Below are positions 26,374-34,841 of a stretch of DNA of 64,000 bases, in pieces; position 1 is the first letter of the stretch, and every line of letters begins with the position of its first letter. The notes beneath the pieces were generated by a model, which had not been told where the DNA came from, did not search any database, and worked only from the letters and a program-made list of their open reading frames with translations. A program made the position numbers and the translations under genes. Origin of the DNA: Defluviitaleaceae bacterium (lineage in GTDB: Bacteria; Bacillota; Clostridia; Lachnospirales; WQUN01); contig WQSR01000009.1 in NCBI GenBank assembly GCA_009787785.1, positions 3,638-67,637 on the forward strand, written 5' to 3'.

Positions 26374-28796
26374 GAAGCGTCACCCCGCGCCACAGGGTTT
26401 AATTCGCGCAACAGCTTTTCCGCTCTTTCCAGCGTGGTTTTGGGCAAGCCCGCCAGCCGTGCCACATGTATGCCGTAGCTTTGCCCGGCCTCGCCGCGTA
26501 CCAGCTTACGCAAAAAGACGATATCCGCGCCTTGCTCCTGGGTGGTGAAGCAAAAATTAAGCACCCCCGGCAGTTGGCTTTCAAGCTGGGTCAGCTCGTG
26601 GTAATGGGTGGCGAAGAGGGTCTTCGCGCCGATGCCTTCGACGATATGCTCCAGCACCGCCCAGGCAATGGATAGGCCGTCGTAGGTGCTGGTCCCCCGG
26701 CCGATTTCATCCAGGATAATCAGGCTGTGGCGGGTGGCGTTGTGCAAAATGTTGGCTACCTCGGTCATTTCCACCATGAAGGTACTCTGCCCCGTGGCCA
26801 GGTCGTCCGACGCGCCTACCCGGGTGAAAATGCGGTCCACCGCGCCGACGCGGGCTTCCTCTGCCGGGACGAAGGAGCCGATATGCGCCATCAGCACAAT
26901 GAGGGCCACCTGGCGCATGTAGGTGGATTTCCCCGACATATTGGGCCCGGTGATGACGGACAGGCGGTGCGTGGCGTCCCCCATGTGGGTATCGTTGGGG
27001 ATAAAGCGGGTGTTGTCGCTTGCGGAACTTTCCAGTACCGGATGCCGCCCTTCCTTTATATATATCTCCGTAGAATTGTCCACTATAGGCCGGACATAAC
27101 GCCCCCGGTCGGCGGCCTCGGCCAAGGATTGCAACGCGTCCAGGGTAGCCAAGGCCATGGCGGTGAACTGCACCCGTGTCATTTGCTCCACCACTTCCCG
27201 GCGCACCGCATCGAAGAGGTCATACTCCAGCGCAGTGATTTCTTCTTCCGCGCCGGATATGGCCTCCTCCCATTTTTTCAACTCGGCGGTGGTGTAACGT
27301 TCGCCGTTGGCAATGGTTTGCTTGCGGTTGTAATGGGGGGGAACCTTCGAAAGATTGGCGGCGGTTACTTCAATGTAATAGCCGAAAACCCGGTTGTTTT
27401 TCACCTTGAGGGAATGGATGCCCGTCTCCTCCCGCTGGCGCAGTTCGTACCGCGCTATGAAATCCGCGGCGTTGTCGCGGATGCCGTTAAGCTCATCCAG
27501 CCGCGCATTAACGCCGGGGCGAATCATCCCCCCCTCGCGGGTGCTGTGGGGCGGGGCTTCCACGATACGGGCGGCGATATTTTCATGTATGTCGGCCAAA
27601 TTATCATAGGTGCGCGAAATTTCAGCCAGCGCGGCACTTTTACATTCCCTAAGCAACGCGCCGACGGCGGGTAAATCATGCAAGGAAGCCCGCAAGGTGG
27701 CTAAGTCCCGGGCGTTGGCGTTGCGGGCGGCCAGCCGGGCCATAATCCGTTCCAGGTCGTGGACGTTTTGAAGGCGTATCTGCAAGTCCGCACGGCGCAG
27801 GGGGTTTTCATGCCATTCGGCCACGGCCTGCTGGCGGCGGTTGATTTCTTCGGTGCAGAGTAGGGGAAGCTCCACCCAGCTGCGCAAAAGCCGGGCACCC
27901 ATGGCGGTTTTCGTATGGTCAAGCACGCCCAGGAGGGAGCCTTTCTTGCCCGGCTCCCGCATACGGGTGGTGAGTTCTAAATTGCGGCGGGAAGGGGCGT
28001 CCAGCACCATATAATTTTGCTGTGTGTAGGGCTTAATCGCCGTGACTTGCGCCAGGGCGTGCTTTTGCGTTTCGGCCAGATAAGAAAGCAATGCCCCCGC
28101 CGCAGGGATTTCCGGCGCGTGATGTGACAGGCCGAAGCCCTCCAGGTGCAGGGTATAAAAATGCTCGGTTAGGCATTTGAAGGCGTTGTGCTGGGTAAAT
28201 GTCCACGCCGGGACGGGGGTGGCCTTCAGTCCGGTGACATTTTCCACCACCCGCGTCAAGGGGAAGCCCTCGGGCAGGAGAATCTCCGCCGGGGCGATGC
28301 GGGTCAGCTCGTCGGTCATTTTCTGGCTGTCGGGTACGGCCGTGACCATGAACAAGCCTGTGGTAATATCTGCCGTGGCTATGGCGTATGTATCCTTTTC
28401 GTGGTGGACGCAAGCTATGTAATTGTGCCGGTTTTCCTCCAGGAGCTGTGCGTCCGTCACCGTGCCGGGGGTAATGACCCGCACCACGTCGCGCTTGACG
28501 ATGCCCTTGGCGAATTTCGCGTCCTCCACCTGGTCGCACAAAGCCACATGGAAGCCTTGCGCCACCAGCCGCGCTATATAGCCGTCCACCGCGTGGGCGG
28601 GTACGCCGCACATGGGGGCGCGCTCCTCTTGGCCGCAATCCCTGGCCGTAAGGGCGATGCCCAACGCCTGGGACGCGGTTTTCGCGTCTTCAAAGAACAT
28701 TTCAAAGAAATCGCCCAAGCGAAACAGCAAAATGCAATGCCGGAATTTTTCCTTAATCGTAAAATACTGTTGCATCATGGGGGTATAGCCGGACAT
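26370..28796 (-). CDS. mutS: DNA mismatch repair protein MutS
   Basis: Start moved to the ATG at 28794-28796, giving MSGYTPMMQQYFTIKEKF, the canonical MutS N-terminus. Walker A is GPNMSGKST. The tracked upstream extension is Cys/Tyr-rich junk. Confidence 0.95.
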   Translation of the reverse strand: MSGYTPMMQQYFTIKEKFRHCILLFRLGDFFEMFFEDAKTASQALGIALTARDCGQEERAPMCGVPAHAVDGYIARLVAQGFHVALCDQVEDAKFAKGIVKRDVVRVITPGTVTDAQLLEENRHNYIACVHHEKDTYAIATADITTGLFMVTAVPDSQKMTDELTRIAPAEILLPEGFPLTRVVENVTGLKATPVPAWTFTQHNAFKCLTEHFYTLHLEGFGLSHHAPEIPAAGALLSYLAETQKHALAQVTAIKPYTQQNYMVLDAPSRRNLELTTRMREPGKKGSLLGVLDHTKTAMGARLLRSWVELPLLCTEEINRRQQAVAEWHENPLRRADLQIRLQNVHDLERIMARLAARNANARDLATLRASLHDLPAVGALLRECKSAALAEISRTYDNLADIHENIAARIVEAPPHSTREGGMIRPGVNARLDELNGIRDNAADFIARYELRQREETGIHSLKVKNNRVFGYYIEVTAANLSKVPPHYNRKQTIANGERYTTAELKKWEEAISGAEEEITALEYDLFDAVRREVVEQMTRVQFTAMALATLDALQSLAEAADRGRYVRPIVDNSTEIYIKEGRHPVLESSASDNTRFIPNDTHMGDATHRLSVITGPNMSGKSTYMRQVALIVLMAHIGSFVPAEEARVGAVDRIFTRVGASDDLATGQSTFMVEMTEVANILHNATRHSLIILDEIGRGTSTYDGLSIAWAVLEHIVEGIGAKTLFATHYHELTQLESQLPGVLNFCFTTQEQGADIVFLRKLVRGEAGQSYGIHVARLAGLPKTTLERAEKLLRELNPVARGDAS

Positions 28797-28864
28797 GGAA
28801 CACCTCGGGGGAAATATGTAGCAAATGCATATGTCGCCGGAATTATAGCATACCGCGTAAATTA

Positions 28865-28873
28865 TGCTATAAT
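28865..28873 (+). promoter_or_regulatory. Putative extended -10 promoter element (TGcTATAAT) for the AKR/ABC operon
   Basis: TG at 28865-28866 and TATAAT at 28868-28873, 38 nt upstream of the ATG at 28912. No good -35 element. Confidence 0.35.
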
Positions 28874-28911
28874 AATATTCACAAATTTTGCAGTGCTTGG
28901 TGGGATACCCT

Positions 28912-30075
28912 ATGCAGTACCGCGAAGACAAGGCTTCGGGCAATCAACTATCCATGCTGGGCATGGGCTGTATGCGCTTCCCCGGCAATAAGGCCGAAAC
29001 CGAGCGCATGATTCTGGCCGCCATTCGAGGCGGGGTCAATTTCTTTGACACAGCGTACATCTACCCCGGCAGTGAGAAAACACTGGGCGATATCCTGGCG
29101 CGGCACAAAAAGCGCGAGGAGGTATACATCGCCACCAAGCTTCCTTTGCTCATGTGCAAAAGCACAGAGGACTTCGACCGCTTCTTCGACGAGCAACTGA
29201 AACGGCTCAAAACCGGTTACATAGACTATTATTTCCTGCACAGCATCACCGACTACAAGCAATGGGATAAGTTCCGCGCTTTGGGTCTGGATGACTGGCT
29301 GGCGAAAAAGAAAAAGGCCGGCCTTATCCGTAATGTCGGCTTCTCCTTCCACGGCACCTGCGACGATTTCTTGAAAATTCTGGTGGATTATGCCTGGGGC
29401 TTTTGCATGATTCAATATAATTATTACGACGAGAACTACCAGGCCGGGCGCAGGGGATTGGAGGCCGCCGCCCGGGGTGGGGTTTCGGTAATGGTAATGG
29501 AGCCGTTGCTGGGGGGACGGCTGGCCACGGGCCTGCCCAAGGAAGCGGTACATATTTTCGAGAAAGCGGTGCCCGGACGCCCCCCCGCCGAATGGGCCTT
29601 GCACTGGCTGTGGAACCAGCCCGAAGTAACCGTGGTGCTCAGCGGCATGAGCAGTACGGACGTGCTGGAAAAAAACCTGAAAGCCATGGACAATTTAAAT
29701 CCCAATGAAGACACCAACGCGCCTGTGTACGCGGCAGTTATCGAAGAATTTCGCAAGTCCTATAAAATCAACTGCACGGGATGCAATTATTGTCTGCCCT
29801 GTCCCATGGGCATTAACATCCCCGCCTGTTTCTCGGCCTACAACACGCGATACGCCCAGGGCTTCATCACGGGCATGACGCTGTACATGACCTCTACCGC
29901 CGCCATCCGCAAGGAAACCGCCAGCCCCCGAAAATGCAACCACTGCGGCAAATGTGAGAAAAATTGCCCCCAATACATCCCCATCCGCAAGGCGTTGAAA
30001 AAAGTGGCGGGCAAAATGGAGCCCCTTCCGGTACGGGCGTTGCTGGCACTGGTGCGGAGGGTGATGCCGCGGTGA
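28912..30075 (+). CDS. Aldo/keto reductase with C-terminal 4Fe-4S cluster-binding region
   Basis: ATG at 28912. AKR N-terminus (LSMLGMGCMRFP...FFDTAYIYPGSE). The C-terminal Cys motifs are CTGCNYCLPCP and CNHCGKCEKNCP. Confidence 0.85.
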   Translation: MQYREDKASGNQLSMLGMGCMRFPGNKAETERMILAAIRGGVNFFDTAYIYPGSEKTLGDILARHKKREEVYIATKLPLLMCKSTEDFDRFFDEQLKRLKTGYIDYYFLHSITDYKQWDKFRALGLDDWLAKKKKAGLIRNVGFSFHGTCDDFLKILVDYAWGFCMIQYNYYDENYQAGRRGLEAAARGGVSVMVMEPLLGGRLATGLPKEAVHIFEKAVPGRPPAEWALHWLWNQPEVTVVLSGMSSTDVLEKNLKAMDNLNPNEDTNAPVYAAVIEEFRKSYKINCTGCNYCLPCPMGINIPACFSAYNTRYAQGFITGMTLYMTSTAAIRKETASPRKCNHCGKCEKNCPQYIPIRKALKKVAGKMEPLPVRALLALVRRVMPR

Positions 30076-30752
30076 TTATCACCGCTACCGGCGTCAAGCG
30101 CGGCTTCCCCATCGGCGGCGATACCTTCTGGGCCCTGAAGGGCATTGACCTGGCCGTGGCCAAGGGGAAGCTTACGGTATTAAAGGGCCGCTCCGGTAGC
30201 GGCAAGACGACCTTGATGAACATTCTGGGTGCCTTGGATTATCCCACGGCCGGGGATGTTTTTTTTGATGGGCTTTCCCTCTGCGCGGCGTCGGAGGCCA
30301 AGCGGGACACATTGCGCCGGATGAAGATGGGCTTTGTGTTCCAGTCGGTGGCCCTCGTAAGCATGATGACCGCGTACGAAAACGTGGAATTTATCCTGCG
30401 CATCAGCGGCTACCCGGCGCGGGAACGGCGCAAGCGGGTGGAGGCTTGCCTGGACTGGGTGGGTCTGGCCGGGCGGATGCATCATTTGCCCCCGGAGCTT
30501 TCCGGCGGCGAGCAACAGCGCGTAGCCATCGCCCGCGCCATCGCACACCGGCCCCTGGTGATTTTCGCCGACGAGCCCACGGCAGAGCTGGACACCAACA
30601 CGGGCTTGCAGGTGATAAAAATTTTCAAGGATTTAATCGAGCACGAAGGCGCGACCATCGTCATGACCACCCACGACCCCGGCCTGATGGAAGTGGCCGA
30701 CAAGGTGTACGAGCTGGCCGACGGGGAAATCGCAGAGGGCGGGGCGGGATGA
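30072..30752 (+). CDS. ABC transporter ATP-binding protein (MacB/LolD/FtsE-like subfamily)
   Basis: The GTG start at 30072 overlaps the AKR stop (GTGA) and lies 10 nt after GGAGGG. Walker A is GRSGSGKTT, the signature is LSGGEQQR, and Walker B is IFADEP. Confidence 0.85.
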   Translation: MIITATGVKRGFPIGGDTFWALKGIDLAVAKGKLTVLKGRSGSGKTTLMNILGALDYPTAGDVFFDGLSLCAASEAKRDTLRRMKMGFVFQSVALVSMMTAYENVEFILRISGYPARERRKRVEACLDWVGLAGRMHHLPPELSGGEQQRVAIARAIAHRPLVIFADEPTAELDTNTGLQVIKIFKDLIEHEGATIVMTTHDPGLMEVADKVYELADGEIAEGGAG

Positions 30753-31636
30753 GCCCTGACAACGTAATCGTCGCGGAAAGCCTGGTCAAAATATACAAGA
30801 CCAAGGACATCGAGGTGCTTGCCTTGCAGGGGCTTGATTTGACCATTGCCCGTGGCGAGGTTATGGCCATCATAGGCAATTCGGGCAGTGGGAAGTCCAC
30901 ACTACTCAATATGATTGGCGGGCTGGATAAGCCCAGCGCGGGCTCCCTCATCGTGGACGGTAAGGATTTATTTAAAATGAAGGAAAAGGATTTGGTGGCG
31001 TACAAAACCGTCACCGTGGGCTTCGTATGGCAGAACAACGCCAGAAATCTCATCCCCTACCTCACCGCCATGGAAAATACGATGATGCCCATGCAGTTCA
31101 ATACGGCCCGGCCCGTGAAAAATAAAAAAGCCCGCGCCAGGGATTTGCTGGAGCTGGTGGGCATGGGGCATAGGGCTACCCACCAGTTGGGCCAGCTATC
31201 CGGCGGCGAACAACAACGGGTGGCCATCGCTTTGGCCCTGGCCAATCACCCGGCGGTGCTACTGGCCGACGAACCCACCGGCAGTGTGGACACCAAAACC
31301 ACCAACGCCATCCTCGATATGTTCCGCGCCGTCAACCGGGAGCTGGGCACCACCGTGGTCATCGTCACCCACGACCGCGAAATTTCAAAACGGGTGGAGC
31401 GGGTGGTGGCCATCCGCGACGGCAAGACATCCAGCGAATTTATTATGTCCTACGCCCACCAATTGGCCAACATCGAGGGCTTTGGGGGCAAGGGTGCCCA
31501 AGTCGAGCTGGCTGTGCTGGACCGAGCCGGGCGGGTGCAAATCCCACGGGAATTTTTAGACAAAATGGGGCTGGAGGGCAACCGCTTGCGCATACACATG
31601 GACGACGAAAACCGCGTCATTTTACAATCACCATAA
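30749..31636 (+). CDS. ABC transporter ATP-binding protein with C-terminal SpoVT/AbrB-like extension
   Basis: The ATG at 30749 overlaps the upstream stop (ATGA). Walker A is GNSGSGKST, followed by LSGGEQQR and LLADEP. The extra C-terminal tail of about 65 aa, ...LDRAGRVQIPREFLDKMGLEGNRLRIHMDDENRVILQ, resembles the swapped-hairpin AbrB/MazE motif. Confidence 0.8.
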   Translation: MSPDNVIVAESLVKIYKTKDIEVLALQGLDLTIARGEVMAIIGNSGSGKSTLLNMIGGLDKPSAGSLIVDGKDLFKMKEKDLVAYKTVTVGFVWQNNARNLIPYLTAMENTMMPMQFNTARPVKNKKARARDLLELVGMGHRATHQLGQLSGGEQQRVAIALALANHPAVLLADEPTGSVDTKTTNAILDMFRAVNRELGTTVVIVTHDREISKRVERVVAIRDGKTSSEFIMSYAHQLANIEGFGGKGAQVELAVLDRAGRVQIPREFLDKMGLEGNRLRIHMDDENRVILQSP

Positions 31637-31649
31637 AAGGAGGAACAGC

Positions 31650-32471
31650 ATGTCACTACCTGTAGCGTTGCAGTTGTATTCTGTGCGGGATGAATTTGCC
31701 GCCGACTTGCGGGGGACCCTGCAACAAGTGAAGGAAATGGGGTATGTGGGCGTAGAGCTTGCCGGATTTGGCAATTATTCGCCCATGGAGGTAAAAAACG
31801 CGCTGACGGAGGCCGATTTGCATTGCATATCCGCCCATGTGCCCTACGATGTCATCGCCGCCGACCCCGCGAAGGTTTTAGCCGATTACAAATCCGTGGG
31901 CTGTGCGTACATCGTCATCCCGTGGCTGGACATGGAGCGTGCGCCGGGCGGCGAGGATTTCGAGGGGATGATTCCCGAAATCGAAGCCATGGGAAAACAG
32001 GCAAAGGAAAGCGGCCTCACCCTCCTGTATCACAACCACGACTTTGAATTTAGAAAAATCGGTGACAAGTATGGGCTGGACGTACTCTATGAGCGCGTGC
32101 CGGCAGATTTGCTCCAAACCCAGATAGACACCTGCTGGATAAAATTCGTGGGCATCGACCCTGCCGACTATCTGCGCAAGTACAAAAACCGCGCACCGCT
32201 GGTGCATATCAAGGATTTCACCATGGGGGAAAACTTCACCGGCGTGCCCTATGGCTTAATCGGCGCGGACACAGAAACAAAAAAAGAAGCCATGAGCGGC
32301 TTCACTTTCAAGGCAGTGGGTAGCGGTATTCAGGATGTCCCCGCCATTTTGCAAGCGTCACTGGACGTGGCGGCACAGTGGGTTATCGTTGAATTTGACG
32401 CCTCCCCCGAACGCCCACCCCTGGAAACGGCACGGATGAGCCGTGACTATTTGCGCAAACTGGGATGGTAA
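31650..32471 (+). CDS. Sugar phosphate isomerase/epimerase (xylose-isomerase-like TIM barrel)
   Basis: 273 aa. AGGAGG RBS. Pattern LQLYSVRD...GYVGVELAG...LLYHNHDFEF...VHIKD. Confidence 0.85.
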   Translation: MSLPVALQLYSVRDEFAADLRGTLQQVKEMGYVGVELAGFGNYSPMEVKNALTEADLHCISAHVPYDVIAADPAKVLADYKSVGCAYIVIPWLDMERAPGGEDFEGMIPEIEAMGKQAKESGLTLLYHNHDFEFRKIGDKYGLDVLYERVPADLLQTQIDTCWIKFVGIDPADYLRKYKNRAPLVHIKDFTMGENFTGVPYGLIGADTETKKEAMSGFTFKAVGSGIQDVPAILQASLDVAAQWVIVEFDASPERPPLETARMSRDYLRKLGW

Positions 32472-32474
32472 AAT

Positions 32475-32652
32475 AAAAAACCCAGAATGTCGGTCCTATA
32501 TTTTGACACCTAGCCTTAGGGCTAGGTGGGTGTCCGCAGCGTGATTTCCGCCCTCCGCTACAAGGCGGCCCGGCGTACCTCACGCATAAATAAGACTCCC
32601 GTTTCACGTCTGTAGGTTCAAAATAATAGGTTGTCGAGCATTCCAGGCCCGT
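32475..32652 (-). ncRNA. Candidate structured small RNA with rod-like, 6S-RNA-like architecture
   Basis: In the minus-strand reading, the 5' and 3' ends pair over about 24 bp. CCUGGAAUG(C)UCG at 32647-32635 pairs with CGACAUUCUGGG at 32492-32481, including 2 G-U pairs. CCUAU(U)AUUUUGA at 32630-32618 pairs with UCAAAAUAUAGG at 32506-32495. The middle is unpaired, there is an apical GCGUGA/UCACGC helix, and the RNA ends in UUUUUUAUUU. A promoter-like TTGCGC-18-TATAAT lies just upstream. Confidence 0.45.
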
Positions 32653-32658
32653 GTCGGT

Positions 32659-32688
32659 ATTATACCCAATACGGGCCCTTTTGCGCAA
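32659..32688 (-). promoter_or_regulatory. Putative promoter of the 6S-like RNA
   Basis: Minus strand TTGCGC (32688-32683), 18 nt spacer, TATAAT (32664-32659). The predicted start falls at the 5' end of the closing helix. Confidence 0.35.
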
Positions 32689-32722
32689 GAGAAATATTTC
32701 CTGGAAATTACGTGTAAAATGT

Positions 32723-33451
32723 CTACTCCGCAGTCAAGCCCTCCCGCAGGGTTTGGAGCACCCGTTTTTCTATCCGGGACACCTGTACCTGGGAGACGCC
32801 GATGGCCTTGGCCACTTCCATTTGGGTCTTGTCCTGGAAATAACGGAGGATGATAACCTGCCGTTCCTTGGGCTTCAGCCGCCCGATGAGTTGCTTTAGC
32901 GCGAGGATATTTACTGTCTGCTCGCCGGCATCCTGACCCTGGCTTACCTTGTCTATCAAATATATGGGACTGCCGTCGCCCTGGTAAATGGTGGTGTATA
33001 GGGATTCCACCTCCAGCCCGGCTTCCATGGCCACCACCAGCTCCTCGGTCTCTACGTTGATTTCCTTTGCCAGCTCGCTTAGCGTGGGTGTGCGGTTCAG
33101 CTTTGCCGTGAGGGCTTCCTGCACATAGCGCGCCTTGGCCGCCAGTTCCTTTATGGGGCGCGAAACCTTGATGATGCCGTCGTCGCGCAGGAAGCGTTTG
33201 ATTTCGCCAATAATCATGGGTATGGCATAAGTAGAGAATTTCACGTCGAAGCCCAGGTCAAATTTGCGGATGCATTTCAGCAAGCCGATGGCCCCTATTT
33301 GGTAGAGGTCGTCCAGCTCATAGCCCCGCTTGGAAAATTTTTTTACCACAGACCAAACAAGGCCGCTGTTTTCCCGGATGAGCTGTTCAACGGCGGCTTC
33401 GTCACCTTGTTGGGCGCGGGCGATTAAGGCTCTTTTCGCGTCAAGCTCCAT
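32723..33451 (-). CDS. sigF: Sporulation sigma factor SigF (SpoIIAC)
   Basis: 242 aa. Region 2 reads DLYQIGAIGLLKCIRKFD...FSTYAIPMIIGEIKRFLRDD. Region 4 HTH is present. It lies directly downstream of spoIIAB. Confidence 0.93.
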   Translation of the reverse strand: MELDAKRALIARAQQGDEAAVEQLIRENSGLVWSVVKKFSKRGYELDDLYQIGAIGLLKCIRKFDLGFDVKFSTYAIPMIIGEIKRFLRDDGIIKVSRPIKELAAKARYVQEALTAKLNRTPTLSELAKEINVETEELVVAMEAGLEVESLYTTIYQGDGSPIYLIDKVSQGQDAGEQTVNILALKQLIGRLKPKERQVIILRYFQDKTQMEVAKAIGVSQVQVSRIEKRVLQTLREGLTAE

Positions 33452-33902
33452 GTTCGGCCCCGTTGCTTTTTATGTCCTTGGTCATGGTCACGGTGGTACC
33501 CACACCGGGGGTGGAGATGACATCCACAGTGTCCATGAAGGATTCCATTACGGTGAAGCCCAGCCCCGAGCGTTCCAGCTCCGGTAAGGTGGTGAAAAGC
33601 GGCTCGCGAGCCCCGGCGATATCGGTGATGCCGATGCCGTTGTCGGTGACTTCCACCGTAAGCAACCGCCCGGAAAGGGTCAAAGTCATACGCACGATAT
33701 GGGCCTCGTCCTCGCCGTAGCCATGGATGATGGCGTTGGTCACGGCTTCAGAGACGGCGGTTTTTATATCGGAGAGCTCCATCACGTCGGGGTCCACCGG
33801 CGCGATAAAGGCCGCAACCATGACCCGGGCAAGGGAAACATTGCACGAACGGCTTTCCATTTCCAGCACGGTTTTATTTTTCCCTTCATTATGCGTTTGC
33901 AT
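33441..33902 (-). CDS. spoIIAB: Anti-sigma F factor (serine protein kinase SpoIIAB)
   Basis: 153 aa. HATPase-like motifs AVSEAVTNAIIHGY, DNGIGI and GLGF. Overlaps sigF by 11 nt. Confidence 0.92.
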   Translation of the reverse strand: MQTHNEGKNKTVLEMESRSCNVSLARVMVAAFIAPVDPDVMELSDIKTAVSEAVTNAIIHGYGEDEAHIVRMTLTLSGRLLTVEVTDNGIGITDIAGAREPLFTTLPELERSGLGFTVMESFMDTVDVISTPGVGTTVTMTKDIKSNGAEHGA

Positions 33903-34263
33903 GTTTCATGCCTCCTTGCGCGGGATTTCCCACAAATGTTGCCAGGGCATCCTGTGTGGTGGGGAAACTTTTAATAATTTTCGCCAGCCCGGAAATGGTA
34001 TACAAGCGGTTCATTTCGTCGCCCATGTTGGCCAAAGCCAGCGCGCCGCCGCGTTTTTCCGCCTGCTTATACCGCCCAATCAGCATCCCGATACCCGACG
34101 AATCCATAAACCTCACCTGGGAAAAATCAAATACCATATACATGCAAGCCGACTTTTCAAAAGCCGCGTCTATGGCGGAGCGCAAGCGTTCCGCGCTGTG
34201 GGCGTCTATTTCCACGCTGGGTGAAACAAGCATGACCTTACCCTGGGTATCAATGTGCAACAT
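33889..34263 (-). CDS. spoIIAA: Anti-sigma F factor antagonist (STAS domain, SpoIIAA)
   Basis: STAS domain with the phosphorylatable Ser context FMDSSGIGMLIG. The start is uncertain: ATG at 34263, or ATG 34275, or TTG 34281. Confidence 0.88.
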   Translation of the reverse strand: MLHIDTQGKVMLVSPSVEIDAHSAERLRSAIDAAFEKSACMYMVFDFSQVRFMDSSGIGMLIGRYKQAEKRGGALALANMGDEMNRLYTISGLAKIIKSFPTTQDALATFVGNPAQGGMKHANA

Positions 34264-34392
34264 AGCGCACCTCATTTCCAATTATTTACATCCGGCACAA
34301 TAATAATGAAAAATTATTGGATATGCAATAGCTTTTGCCGGAAATGTGTTATAATGCTCTGCGTAGTACACCGCAGAGCGTGGAGGGAACAT

Positions 34393-34833
34393 ATGTTATT
34401 TGGTTCGAAAAAGGCACTCCCGGCAGAAATAGATTCCCCAAATACCGTTATCGGCTCGGGGATAACTATTGAGGCGGCGCGGCTTACGGGGCGCGATTCG
34501 GTGCGTATAGACGGCGAGTTCAAGGGCAATATCGAACTGCAAGGCTCGCTGGTGCTGGGCGAAGGCGGTAGCATCACCGGGGAGGTGCGTTCCAGCTACT
34601 TCCTGGTGGCCGGGGAGGTCAATGGAAATATCTATTGCGATACCCAGCTACATTTCGCCGCCACGGCACGGGTGGTGGGGGACGTCAACACCCCCAACCT
34701 CATCCTGGACGAAGGCAGTCAAGTGACCGGACGCTACAACGTGGGCGAGGTGACGCAACCCGCCACCTATGTGGAAAACCCGCCCGAGGACGATATCTTG
34801 GAGGACAGGCTTCGCTTCTTAGAAGGGGTTTAG
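34393..34833 (+). CDS. Bactofilin-family polymer-forming cytoskeletal protein
   Basis: The ATG at 34393 follows GGAGGG. Repetitive beta-helix pattern (IEAARLTGRDSVRIDGEFKGNIELQGSLVLGEGGSITGEVRSSYFLVAGEVNGNI...). Confidence 0.8.
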   Translation: MLFGSKKALPAEIDSPNTVIGSGITIEAARLTGRDSVRIDGEFKGNIELQGSLVLGEGGSITGEVRSSYFLVAGEVNGNIYCDTQLHFAATARVVGDVNTPNLILDEGSQVTGRYNVGEVTQPATYVENPPEDDILEDRLRFLEGV

Positions 34834-34841
34834 CAAGTTAC

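Noticed and set aside
30446-30748. 101-codon Arg/Pro/Gly-rich N-terminal extension of the second ABC ATPase in the ORF track
   Set aside because: It is an alternative frame of the first ABC ATPase gene. The conserved ATPase sequence begins at the ATG at 30749, which is ATGA-coupled to the upstream stop.
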